IMG/VR virus record: IMGVR_UViG_3300035698_013504
Span: 96,001 to 160,000 of that record
Direction: 5' to 3' (one strand)
Origin: a virus
Lineage: Duplodnaviria > Caudoviricetes
Length of the DNA: 64,000 nucleotides
The notes under the pieces are model-generated. The model was given only the letters and a program-made list of their open reading frames with translations. It did not search any database and was not told where the DNA came from. The translations under genes and the position numbers were made by a program. This document shows, one piece after another, positions 26,696 to 35,622 of this stretch (its first letter is position 1; every line of letters begins with the position of its first letter).

Positions 26696-28022
26696 TAGAC
26701 CACTCAACGCCGGGGAGCAAAAGTGTGTCAGCGATGCTGTTTACACGCTCCTCAGAGGTCAAAGCCATACGGATAGCGGCGATATAGGGTACGGCTTGTT
26801 CCTTCACCACATAGAGATACGGTCCGAAGATGGCCCAAATAATGGGTCTCCGGCCTCAATCGGTGTACGTAGGGATGGGACACCCGTGATGTTCCTCTGC
26901 TTCCCACGTCTTGAGGAGTGGGGTTTGTTACAACTAGACGCCTTCCGCGAAGTGTTGAAGCACGAGACACTACATTTCATACAAGGACATGTAGGTTCAC
27001 GAGGTACGATCCTCAAAGGCAAGTACGACAGGAAGGTCTTTGGGTATGCGTCAGACCTCGTCGTCAATCAGTACATCGACGTCTCAGCGATCACAACTGA
27101 TAAGTTCAGGCCTCTGACGGTAGAGGGTTTTGGCTTAGCACCAAATCTGACGACAGAGCACTACTGTAGACTTCTATCAACGCAGATGGATGAGATACAG
27201 GAGAAGCTCAAGGAGCAGTGCGGCGGGTCCGATTGGAGCCACGAGTTGGAGATCATACTGGACGGAGACTCAGAAGGAGTAGAGGCCGGTGAAGGAGCGG
27301 CGAATGTGCCAGACTCGGTACGTGACGCTGCAATCATCAGTATCATACAGCAGGTGTCTGATAAGACACGGAAGAGTCTGAGCCGCGGCTTTCAGTCGAT
27401 GGATGCCGAGGAGTACGTCAAAGCCTTGGAGCGCACAGCCGTCGTACCATGGCACGTGTATACCAGGCGCCGCGAGGGAAGGCATACGAAGAAGGAAATA
27501 GTACCAAGTAAACGTCGACCCTCCCGCAGATGTGTGCAGCACTTCGGCCGTATTCGTAAGCACGGCCTTAACGTTCTCTTCGTTGTTGATACCTCAGGGT
27601 CTATGACCCCTACTGAACTTCGGTGCGTTGAGCCCGAGGTCAGAGGTATCCATGATCGTGGAGCGCGTGTAGTTATCATGCACGTCGACGCTGGCGTTGC
27701 TAAGGTCGAAGAGTACACCCGCCACATGAAGATCGAGAAGTTTGCCGGACGGGGTGGTACTAAGTTCCAGCCCGCATTTGATAAAATCCCAGAGCTTTTC
27801 CCACCACCAGACTTCGTTGTCTACTTCACAGATGGTGCTGGGGAAGTAGGTGATGAACAACCGATCGACACGCTGTGGGTCCTTACTTCCACCGGCATGT
27901 CTACATCGGACTTCAAACGAAACGTCTGTTCGTGGGGCGAGGTCACAACACTGGATGTGAATCATGACACGAAAGTCGCCAACAGGGAGTTTGACTGTCC
28001 TGACGCATTCTCTTTCCCTTAG
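26643..28022 (+). CDS. DUF2201-type putative metallopeptidase plus VWA domain protein
   Basis: LKHETLH (HExxH), VVDTSGSM (MIDAS), GRGGTKFQP, YFTDG. Confidence 0.85.
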   Translation: MSGSTDANALSKPQPSGSRPLNAGEQKCVSDAVYTLLRGQSHTDSGDIGYGLFLHHIEIRSEDGPNNGSPASIGVRRDGTPVMFLCFPRLEEWGLLQLDAFREVLKHETLHFIQGHVGSRGTILKGKYDRKVFGYASDLVVNQYIDVSAITTDKFRPLTVEGFGLAPNLTTEHYCRLLSTQMDEIQEKLKEQCGGSDWSHELEIILDGDSEGVEAGEGAANVPDSVRDAAIISIIQQVSDKTRKSLSRGFQSMDAEEYVKALERTAVVPWHVYTRRREGRHTKKEIVPSKRRPSRRCVQHFGRIRKHGLNVLFVVDTSGSMTPTELRCVEPEVRGIHDRGARVVIMHVDAGVAKVEEYTRHMKIEKFAGRGGTKFQPAFDKIPELFPPPDFVVYFTDGAGEVGDEQPIDTLWVLTSTGMSTSDFKRNVCSWGEVTTLDVNHDTKVANREFDCPDAFSFP

Positions 28023-28380
28023 TTTCAGAGAGTCGATAGTAACGGCGTTACAGACGCTGTGCAATGAGGACTACGACGGAAAGTCCAGGCTGTGGTGCAG
28101 CCGTGAAGAGACTGTGCTTAAAGGCACCATATGGTACTGCCATGGTCTCCCGAATACTCAGGCGGTCATGCAGACGATCCGAGATAACCTTGACAAGGGC
28201 GAATGGGTTGCGCTGGCTGAGTATGTCGACTCGTTTATGTACCAGTACCCGTGCCAGATACACGTAGTATCCAGCGAGGGTATCGCCAGCGCCCCACCTG
28301 TGGGCACGATCAACTTCTTGGCTGAGCAACTTGGCCTCATTAAGGAGGGAGACCCATTGCCAAAGGCGGCTGACGAATGA
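27964..28380 (+). CDS. hypothetical protein (up to 138 aa)
   Basis: Fills the gap; ATGA overlap with the next gene; start uncertain. Confidence 0.5.
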   Translation: MTRKSPTGSLTVLTHSLSLSFRESIVTALQTLCNEDYDGKSRLWCSREETVLKGTIWYCHGLPNTQAVMQTIRDNLDKGEWVALAEYVDSFMYQYPCQIHVVSSEGIASAPPVGTINFLAEQLGLIKEGDPLPKAADE

Positions 28381-29213
28381 CACCAGCCAACTGGAGTATA
28401 GGTAAGCACTTCCATATGACACCGGACCGGTGGCTTTTGTGGAGGTCGATGTTACAACCTTGGATTGAAGTTCTTGGAGATGTCCCCAAAGACGCGCGTT
28501 ACGCCTTTTTGTGGAATACAGATATGAAGGGTCTGGGCAGAAGTGAGAAGTCGTATACGATAGCGATGTTATCTCTTGCGTGTAAATGGCGGGAACTCGT
28601 CGGGCCCCTTTACCGTATGGAGCTGCTTCCTAGGCCCAAGACGTGGCGTATGTACAACTGCCCACCCCCAGATAGGGTATTTGTCCCAGAGAGCCGTGAC
28701 GGCCCTATACGGCCGTGTATGTCAAGGATTTGCCCCTTCTGTACGGCCCGAGCTACGATTAAGGTCACAGAGAGCTTATCGCCAGCGTCAAAAGGTAAGA
28801 GAATCTTCCTTTCGGCAGGTACGCGGTTCATAGACACGCCGAGCAGAGATAACCTCAAAACGTTTCGAGTTCAGGCAGCTACAGCATGTAGAGCCCATAC
28901 AGATGTTCCGCTTGCGTTTCAATTCCTTGTCGGACTGCGCGACGGCGGATGGCGGGCGGATATAAGGGCTATCTCAGATGTTTGTGATCGTCCTGACGAT
29001 TTAACGGATGTTGTGTTCTCCGCGAACAAACGCCGGTTCACACTCAAACGTCAATACGTGCGTGTAAAATACCCAAGTCAGAAGCTTCCGATAAACGTTG
29101 GACTTCTACTTGGTAATGACTTCACGCCGAAGTACGCAGCGCGGATGATTCAACATCTTGAAGGTTTACGAACATTCTCCCTCATCAACAAGCAAAAAAC
29201 GCAACCCCTTTAG
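28377..29213 (+). CDS. Zn-finger protein resembling rolling-circle Rep/IS91 N-terminal motif, with a degenerate HUH
   Basis: RMYNC...PCMSRICPFCTAR; the expected HUH position reads WRADIRAI. Confidence 0.4.
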   Translation: MTPANWSIGKHFHMTPDRWLLWRSMLQPWIEVLGDVPKDARYAFLWNTDMKGLGRSEKSYTIAMLSLACKWRELVGPLYRMELLPRPKTWRMYNCPPPDRVFVPESRDGPIRPCMSRICPFCTARATIKVTESLSPASKGKRIFLSAGTRFIDTPSRDNLKTFRVQAATACRAHTDVPLAFQFLVGLRDGGWRADIRAISDVCDRPDDLTDVVFSANKRRFTLKRQYVRVKYPSQKLPINVGLLLGNDFTPKYAARMIQHLEGLRTFSLINKQKTQPL

Positions 29214-29217
29214 AATT

Positions 29218-29293
29218 AGTATATAGTACTGTAAGTACTATTATGCACAGTAACTAGTTAGTGTGCATAATATCTACTACGTAGATATATACT
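29218..29293. repeat. 76-bp AT-rich imperfect palindrome with nested hairpins (candidate origin/operator)
   Basis: agtatata (29218-25)/tatatact (29286-93) and tattatgcaca (29239-49)/tgtgcataata (29262-72) share one axis, with core taactagtta. Confidence 0.85.
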
Positions 29294-29331
29294 TCTTAAA
29301 ACCCCTACCCCTTTTCCAGGAGGATTAGACC

Positions 29332-30435
29332 TTGCCTATCATCACTGGTGACAACCACATAGCGCCGTATACGTGGTCACGTCATCCGAACTTGAGAGGT
29401 GACAGCTACTTCGCTTTTACCCAGGTGGTCGATTTATGCATTGCCGCCGAAGAACCGATGATCATTCTCGGGGATCTCTTTGATGCGAAGAAGCTTGACA
29501 GCCGTACGGTAATTGAGTTTCAAAGACAGATGGATCGAATGAAATCGGCTGAGCTAAACGTCTTTGCGATCCAAGGACAGCATGACAGGACCGACCCCCC
29601 GTGGGTCTCGATGCACAGTCAGATCACCCACGTCGATAAGAAATGTATCTCATTCCACGATACTATGTTCTACTTCCTCGATTACCGGGACCCAGAGAGT
29701 CTGGACGAGGAGCTTAAGAGTGTACCTGAGAACGCGTCTGTTCTGTGTCTACATCAGGCCCTCAAACAGGCCCTACCTTTTGAGAATGACGACGGTAGTG
29801 GGGTCTGGGACTTCGAGGCTGAGCAGGTGCCCGTACACATCCGTAAGATATTCCTAGGCGACATTCATACGCCTTACGATTTCGAGCTTGAGGGTCGTTC
29901 CTTCCAATACACAGGTACAACGTGTATGCAGGCAATCAATGAGCCTACGGATAAGCATGTGATCTGGTATAGGGCTGACGGTGTGGAGCTAGTACCTCTT
30001 CAGACGAGACCCTTCTATTCAGGTACGGCGGTTACCACAGAGTCACTCTCCAAGACGTGCGATATCATTCGTAGTATCCCCGACCCCGCCGAGGAGAATA
30101 AGGATTTCCCCGCAGAGGTGGCACGGCCGTACGTCGTTGTTGTATATCAGGCTGACGTTGAAGGCGCTACGGACAGACTCAATGCCGCGTGCGATGAGCG
30201 CGACTGCGAGCGTCTTCTAGTCTCGGTACGTCCCGAGCTAGTCTCGAACGGAGAGATTATCGCGACGGTTGACCCGGACGAGGTATCCCTCGAGAAGTGT
30301 TTGGACCTGACCGTTAGCCGGGAAACTGAAAAGGAACTTCACACGTTCCTGACTCTATTGCTTCGCACCCGCGATAACGAAGAGGTGCATAACGTACTCG
30401 CAGCACACCGCGACGAGATGGGGATCACCCTATGA
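29332..30435 (+). CDS. sbcD: Mre11/SbcD/gp47-like metallophosphoesterase nuclease
   Basis: GDNH, LGDLFD, GQHD and LGDIH motifs; SD aggagg; upstream of the SMC ATPase. Confidence 0.85.
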   Translation: MPIITGDNHIAPYTWSRHPNLRGDSYFAFTQVVDLCIAAEEPMIILGDLFDAKKLDSRTVIEFQRQMDRMKSAELNVFAIQGQHDRTDPPWVSMHSQITHVDKKCISFHDTMFYFLDYRDPESLDEELKSVPENASVLCLHQALKQALPFENDDGSGVWDFEAEQVPVHIRKIFLGDIHTPYDFELEGRSFQYTGTTCMQAINEPTDKHVIWYRADGVELVPLQTRPFYSGTAVTTESLSKTCDIIRSIPDPAEENKDFPAEVARPYVVVVYQADVEGATDRLNAACDERDCERLLVSVRPELVSNGEIIATVDPDEVSLEKCLDLTVSRETEKELHTFLTLLLRTRDNEEVHNVLAAHRDEMGITL

Positions 30436-30659
30436 AATGGGAAGACATCATCCATCATCATTATCGTGGCGTTGTGTCTGAAGGGAAGGCTGTCCTCGTC
30501 ACTCAGGGTATCCGCGACACCAACCACATGTCGAGCTACCTAGTCTCTGAATCCGCGTGGTTCGAGTGTAACCCGTTCCCCGACGACTTCTGGCACTTCA
30601 CCGTGAAGATAGACAGATACGCGTCGGTCTGCAAGGATCACGGGCTTGAGCCACAGTAG
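30432..30659 (+). CDS. hypothetical protein (75 aa)
   Basis: ATGA-type overlap with the upstream gene. Confidence 0.55.
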   Translation: MKWEDIIHHHYRGVVSEGKAVLVTQGIRDTNHMSSYLVSESAWFECNPFPDDFWHFTVKIDRYASVCKDHGLEPQ

Positions 30660-30667
30660 CACGCTAC
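30656..30667. promoter_or_regulatory. palindromic operator-like motif gtagcacgctac
   Basis: Perfect GTAGC-ac-GCTAC; 18/22 identity with 43829-43850. Confidence 0.55.
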
Positions 30668-30686
30668 TAACGAAAGGTCGTCCGTT

Positions 30687-31178
30687 ATGTCAGACTCAAA
30701 GGACGAGAAGGAATACTACGGCGGGTATAACCCGGATCATGACTTCTCCACGCACGAGGACGCCCATCCCGGCGTTCAGGTTAACGACTTGCCCGGGTTG
30801 CCGCTGAGTAGACTTATTATCGCGCTGAAGCGGTTACGTGTGATCGTGGAGACTCAGAAGCTGAGCTACGCAAATAGTGATGCAATGGGTGATAAGTATA
30901 ACTTCTGCTCGTGGGGCATGTGTAGTGTGTCCTCCGATCTTTGGCCGGACCCAAAGGATCACACGTGGCCGTACGCCTTTATGAGCGAGGGCCGCGTTGC
31001 CCCGCTTCGCCATTCTAGCAAGTGCCCACTCTCCCGGTACACACTACCCGGTCACGGCTGCTTTTATAGCTGCTCTGTGTTTACGGCTCGTTGCAAGACA
31101 CCAAGCCGTAAGACGGCCCTGGCCTGGATCGACGAGTACATTACCGAACTTGAGTTTGTGGAGGCTGGCCGAGCATGA
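30687..31178 (+). CDS. hypothetical Cys-rich protein (163 aa)
   Basis: ORF with SD aaagg; several Cys. Confidence 0.6.
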   Translation: MSDSKDEKEYYGGYNPDHDFSTHEDAHPGVQVNDLPGLPLSRLIIALKRLRVIVETQKLSYANSDAMGDKYNFCSWGMCSVSSDLWPDPKDHTWPYAFMSEGRVAPLRHSSKCPLSRYTLPGHGCFYSCSVFTARCKTPSRKTALAWIDEYITELEFVEAGRA

Positions 31179-31393
31179 ACTTTGTGAAGCTACCAGTTTC
31201 AATAAGTCTTAACATGACGGACCCGGAGGAGCTCGTTAACCTGGGCCTTGTTGAGTCGATCCGCCCACATCCAGAGCTTAGTCACGAGTGTATTCTCCGT
31301 TTCATCTCAGGTCGACAGATCTCACTCGACAGGACTGTTGAGCAGATCGAGGACATAATTTACAGGGCGAGAGTTCACAAGACGATTGTCTGA
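31175..31393 (+). CDS. hypothetical protein (72 aa)
   Basis: ATGA overlap. Confidence 0.55.
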   Translation: MNFVKLPVSISLNMTDPEELVNLGLVESIRPHPELSHECILRFISGRQISLDRTVEQIEDIIYRARVHKTIV

Positions 31394-31416
31394 AAACGAA
31401 AGGAATTCAGTAAGGT

Positions 31417-33528
31417 ATGCGACTACTAACCGCTAAACTCAGTAACTTTTGTCAGCACAGAGACCTTACGGTTGGGTTCTCGCCTGGAGTCAACGGGATC
31501 TTCGGACCCAATGGCTGCGGCAAGTCCAACCTGCTCCGTGCAATCTATTTCGCGTTTACCGGCGAGACCCCTAACATCGGCTCTAAGTCCGATGACATCA
31601 GCAACGGCGCCGACAAGGGCTTTGTTGAGGTGGAGTTCGAGGTCAACGGAGAAGTGGGTTCTATCCGTCGTCAGCTGCGTACGTCTACATGCGTACTCAA
31701 GCTTGGCGATCAGCGCTTTGGCAGCGCGAAAGAAGTCAACGCTAACCTCTGGCCTATTCTTGGTGTGTCCAAGGATCTGCTAGGTCGTACGATCTTTGTT
31801 CACCAGGAACAGCTGGACTCTGTTATCTTCGAACGGCCCGCAGAGCGGAACGCCGCGTTTCAGCGCCTGTTCAAGACGTATCGTTCGGAGGAGATTAGAG
31901 AGGTACTCCATGGAGAACTCTCACGGGTTCAGGTTGTGTCCTACGATGAGCGTATTGACGAGATGGAGAGGGAGCTGCGCGAGGTTGTCTCTGTAGACCT
32001 TACATCGGCCATTGCCACAAAGGAAGCCGCGGAGACGGAACTCGCCACGATTGACGAGACAGCTCTTCGTAACCGGATGGCCGCCCACAGTAACGCCGAC
32101 CTTGAGTTGCGTAAGCTACACACGCTCGTCAACGAGTTGAATGCCGCCAAATATGATCGTGTCAAGGCCAATGACATTGTTCAGTCGGTAAGTGATGCAG
32201 TTACAACGCTTGAGTGTCAGCGTGACGAGATTGCCGGAGACCTACCAAAGCTCCAAGCTCGTTACCAGGAGCTTCTCGTCTTGCAGCGGGATCGTCAGAC
32301 GCTCGAGTCCCTATCCGCAGAGGCTAAGACATTAGCGTCGTCTCGTCGTGACCCCCCGGTTCCGCCGGGTTATCCGCGGGACGAGGTACCTAAGGCGGAG
32401 GACTTTGTACAGCAACTCTCCACCGACATCGAGATAAACCACAGATTCGTTACGGCGATACGGGCCGACGGCAAGTGTGCCTTCTGCCAGTCTGTTGTTG
32501 ATCAGGCGCCGCAGAAGGTTGCCACAGCACAGTCACGAGCTGTCAAGCTTGCTGAGCAGCACAAAGCCTGTCTTGAGGAGTTCACGCGTCTTAGAGCCGG
32601 TTGGAGCGAGTATGATATCTCGAAGTCCACACACGATGAGTGGGCTCGCAACTATCAGATTCGTTGTTCACATGTTATGGACCAGCTGAAGGCTATTGGC
32701 GACGTTCCCCCAGTCTACGAAGAGCAGTTGACGGAAGTCGCTGCAGCGTTACAGAAGTATCGGTTGATCGAAGATGATCTTACGGTTCGTCGTCAGCAGT
32801 TCAACACTGCGCGCGACCGCAGGGCGTCTTTGGATACCACGATCGTATTGCTCGAGGAGCGTAACAAGATGGCCCTTGAGTTGCATAAGCAACTTATGGA
32901 CTCGGAGGCGTACGAGGAAGTTCGTCTGTCGCTGTTACGGGCCGACGAGTTGCGCCGAACTGTTGGTGAGTCGGAAGGTAAAATCGGCACGCTGACGCAG
33001 CAGCAAGAGACACAGGCGGCTAAGCTGGAAGACATGAAGCAGAAGGAGGCAGAGTCTGGCGCAAAGCGTAAGTACCAGGATCTGCTCACACGGTCACGAG
33101 TTGTTCTACACCGCGACCGTCTTCCCAATGTTGTCGCTCAGTCTTTCCGTGACGCCCTCAACAGTCGTCTCTTCAAATACCTGAGTCTCTTCGAGGCTCC
33201 GTTCAGCTGTGCCTTGCAGCAGGACTTGTCGTTCGTCTGTTCGTTCCCAGGCGGGTGGCAACCTGATGCTGGTCGGTTGTCCGGCGGCGAGCGTGTCGTT
33301 CTTGCGATCGCTTTTAGGTTTGCCGTCAACGATTTGTTCGCGTCACAGCTTGGCCTGCTGGCTCTCGATGAGCCTACTCGCTGGTTGGACGACGGGAACA
33401 TTGACCATGTTATCAACATCCTAGATCGTACCAAGAAGCTCACGTCCTCCGGGGCGTGGCAGGTGCTTGTTGTCACGCACGCTGACGCCCTTAAGTCCAC
33501 GTGCGACAATCGTATCGTTCTCGGGTAA
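31417..33528 (+). CDS. sbcC: Rad50/SbcC/gp46-like SMC ATPase
   Basis: GPNGCGKS, Q-loop FVHQEQ, CAFC zinc hook within coiled coil, LSGGE signature, LLALDEP, VVTH. Confidence 0.92.
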   Translation: MRLLTAKLSNFCQHRDLTVGFSPGVNGIFGPNGCGKSNLLRAIYFAFTGETPNIGSKSDDISNGADKGFVEVEFEVNGEVGSIRRQLRTSTCVLKLGDQRFGSAKEVNANLWPILGVSKDLLGRTIFVHQEQLDSVIFERPAERNAAFQRLFKTYRSEEIREVLHGELSRVQVVSYDERIDEMERELREVVSVDLTSAIATKEAAETELATIDETALRNRMAAHSNADLELRKLHTLVNELNAAKYDRVKANDIVQSVSDAVTTLECQRDEIAGDLPKLQARYQELLVLQRDRQTLESLSAEAKTLASSRRDPPVPPGYPRDEVPKAEDFVQQLSTDIEINHRFVTAIRADGKCAFCQSVVDQAPQKVATAQSRAVKLAEQHKACLEEFTRLRAGWSEYDISKSTHDEWARNYQIRCSHVMDQLKAIGDVPPVYEEQLTEVAAALQKYRLIEDDLTVRRQQFNTARDRRASLDTTIVLLEERNKMALELHKQLMDSEAYEEVRLSLLRADELRRTVGESEGKIGTLTQQQETQAAKLEDMKQKEAESGAKRKYQDLLTRSRVVLHRDRLPNVVAQSFRDALNSRLFKYLSLFEAPFSCALQQDLSFVCSFPGGWQPDAGRLSGGERVVLAIAFRFAVNDLFASQLGLLALDEPTRWLDDGNIDHVINILDRTKKLTSSGAWQVLVVTHADALKSTCDNRIVLG

Positions 33529-33533
33529 CACAA

Positions 33534-33564
33534 GGGGTGGGGGTTCTATACGGCCCCCCACCCT
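33534..33564 (+). terminator. GC-rich hairpin after sbcC (gggtggggg/cccccaccc), with a weak U-tract
   Basis: 9-10 bp stem 6 nt after the stop codon. Confidence 0.5.
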
Positions 33565-33611
33565 CTATGTTGTAGTTGTCAAGAAATTTACCAATAGGGT
33601 TAATATTCTGG

Positions 33612-33640
33612 TTGACAACTAGACCCACTATTGATACACT
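33612..33640 (+). promoter_or_regulatory. sigma70-type promoter TTGACA-N17-TACACT
   Basis: Perfect -35 at 33612-17 and -10 at 33635-40; the -35 lies in one arm of a 10-bp inverted repeat (33573-82/33612-21). Confidence 0.75.
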
Positions 33641-33689
33641 GATCGAACCTCTGATCAGAACCACGATGGCCTAATATGGAACAGAAATC

Positions 33690-34211
33690 ATGATCGAAGT
33701 AGTGGCGAAACTGGAGTTCATTACGCCGTGCCTCGGGAGTTTGAGGCAGCGTAAGAACCAGACGGGCGTGATACGAATGCCTCGCGATTCACAGGGGCAA
33801 GTCATATTCATGCAGACGTGGTGGCGCGGCGTGCTGGAGTACGGCGCCAAGGCGATGACCCGCCACCAGGAACACGTAAAGAACATTCAGGTGGACACCG
33901 TTGTTGACGGCCCAGTCCGCCGGTTCACACGACACTTCCGTAACCAAGGGCGCCAGGGTACGCAGATTCACGAGGCGTACATCGCAGGCGCGGTTGTGGC
34001 GGTCAACTTCATGTTACCGTCAGACATATCCGTAGAAGCGTTTACGGAGATTTTGAGTATTGGCGGCCAGTACCTTGGAATTTCACCTTACGGATGGAGA
34101 GAGGATTATGGACGATTCCGCGTTGTCGACGTCAGCCCCAGATCAAGAGCAAAGTCCAGTGATCCTGATTCGCCGACAGGGCAACCTGATACAGGTGACC
34201 CCGAGTCTTGA
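33690..34211 (+). CDS. solitary RAMP-superfamily (Cas7/Csm3/Cmr-like) protein, 173 aa
   Basis: RAMP motif order: beta1 KLEFITPCLG; PRDSQGQVIFMQTWWRGVL (R-D..G.P.IPGSSxKG equivalent); HEAYIAGAVVAVNF; terminal Gly-rich loop GGQYLGISPYGWREDYGRFRV. Confidence 0.6.
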   Translation: MIEVVAKLEFITPCLGSLRQRKNQTGVIRMPRDSQGQVIFMQTWWRGVLEYGAKAMTRHQEHVKNIQVDTVVDGPVRRFTRHFRNQGRQGTQIHEAYIAGAVVAVNFMLPSDISVEAFTEILSIGGQYLGISPYGWREDYGRFRVVDVSPRSRAKSSDPDSPTGQPDTGDPES

Positions 34212-35622
34212 ACCCTTGCTTGGACCAGAGTTGCGGTATTCTCATTTGAATCTGAACTTCACCCCTAGGGGTCGCCCCCGTCAGGAGTCTGACGGGGAAA
34301 AGGAAGACAAGCCCCCAGTGGAGCAGCGCCTTCTCTACACAATAGACGCCAGCGGGTCTCTCGTTTGTCCGGCCGGGTTGACGGAGCGTGTTTGTAGTAT
34401 CCTCACAAGGTTTCGTTATAGATACCGCATTGAGGACCTGCGCACACTTCCGCCGATCGAGCATGACTTATCACACCTTACGTCTCTGCGCCCCGGCCAG
34501 GACGAGTCGATCGCAGCGGTCATTTCCCATGATCACGGGCAGATCGTTGCCCCGACAGCCTTTGGTAAGTCACACCTAATGCGCCTTATCTGTGCGATAT
34601 ATCCCGACGTACCTATCGTTATATGCGTACCCGGTATATCTATCTTGCAGGGCCATTATCGTCAGCTACATCATTTCCTACCCGCATCGGAGATAGGCAT
34701 TGTAGGTGGCGGCAAGCGAGACCCTAAGCGCGTCACAGTATCGACGACCCAATCGCTTTTACATACAGATGTGGAGAAGTGTAGGTTGTTGCTCTTCGAC
34801 GAGGTCCACAAGGCCGCGGCCGAAGAGACGTCTAAGATGCTTGGCAAGTTCAGTAATGCCCGTATGTTTGGATTCACGGCATCGCCAGAAGGTCGGTCTG
34901 ATCGTGCAGAGCCTGTTATCGAGGCGCTGTTCGGGCCGGTTATCTACAGCATGCCATATCAGCGCGCGCTTCAGCTCGGGCTGATCTCACAGATATACGT
35001 GCACATCAACCCGGTGTCCGGTGACCCCATCGACAACGTGACCCGCGCCGGTAGGCTGCGTAATGGCGCCTGGTACAACAATGTACGGAACCGACGTATT
35101 GCTGAGGTAGCCCGTCGCTACGATAACGATACCCAGGTTCTAATCACCGTTGAGACCGTACAGCACGCTTTTGCGTTGAAACATCTGTTGCCGGAGTTCC
35201 ACGTGTGTTATGCCGGTATAGACGAGAAGTCTCAGAAGGCCCTCGCTAATCGTGGGTTTCTTCCTCCCGACTTCACACCCCTTGACGGTAACGGCCGGAT
35301 GCAGATGCAGGACATGTTCGAGCGTAGGCAGTTGTTGAAGGCTATCTCAACGCCTATCTGGAATACTGGTGTAGACTTTACAGGATTGGAAGTACTCATC
35401 CGTGCCGACGCCGGGTCTGGCGAGATTGGTAACATCCAGATACCCGGTAGGTTGTCTCGTATTTCCGAAGGTAAAGAGGGCGGTATCCTCGAAGACTTCG
35501 GCGACGAGTTCGACCCATATTTCCGTCGGAGAGCGCAGGACCGTCTCCGATCATACAAAAAACGAGGATGGGAGATCGTGAAATGCCAGGAGGGTCAGTA
35601 TCTTCAGCAGAGGGCGACATGA
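34108..35622 (+). CDS. SF2 DExH helicase, UvsW-like
   Basis: LRPGQ, APTAFGKS, LLFDEVH, FGFTASP, NTGVDF and QIPGRLSR motifs; start uncertain (ATG 34108 or GTG about 34159). Confidence 0.9.
   Translation: MDDSALSTSAPDQEQSPVILIRRQGNLIQVTPSLEPLLGPELRYSHLNLNFTPRGRPRQESDGEKEDKPPVEQRLLYTIDASGSLVCPAGLTERVCSILTRFRYRYRIEDLRTLPPIEHDLSHLTSLRPGQDESIAAVISHDHGQIVAPTAFGKSHLMRLICAIYPDVPIVICVPGISILQGHYRQLHHFLPASEIGIVGGGKRDPKRVTVSTTQSLLHTDVEKCRLLLFDEVHKAAAEETSKMLGKFSNARMFGFTASPEGRSDRAEPVIEALFGPVIYSMPYQRALQLGLISQIYVHINPVSGDPIDNVTRAGRLRNGAWYNNVRNRRIAEVARRYDNDTQVLITVETVQHAFALKHLLPEFHVCYAGIDEKSQKALANRGFLPPDFTPLDGNGRMQMQDMFERRQLLKAISTPIWNTGVDFTGLEVLIRADAGSGEIGNIQIPGRLSRISEGKEGGILEDFGDEFDPYFRRRAQDRLRSYKKRGWEIVKCQEGQYLQQRAT

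Noticed and set aside
33554-33582. Divergent minus-strand promoter from the left arm of the inverted repeat (TTGACA at 33582-33577)
   Set aside because: The position 17 nt downstream reads GGGGGG, so there is no -10 element.
33529-34260. CRISPR array or short-period (e.g. 5-nt GGY-NN) guide-RNA repeats next to the RAMP-like gene
   Set aside because: I read both strands and found no direct repeats with spacers and no periodic GGY/RCC pattern. A guide locus, if it exists, is not obvious here or in the other intergenic gaps I inspected.
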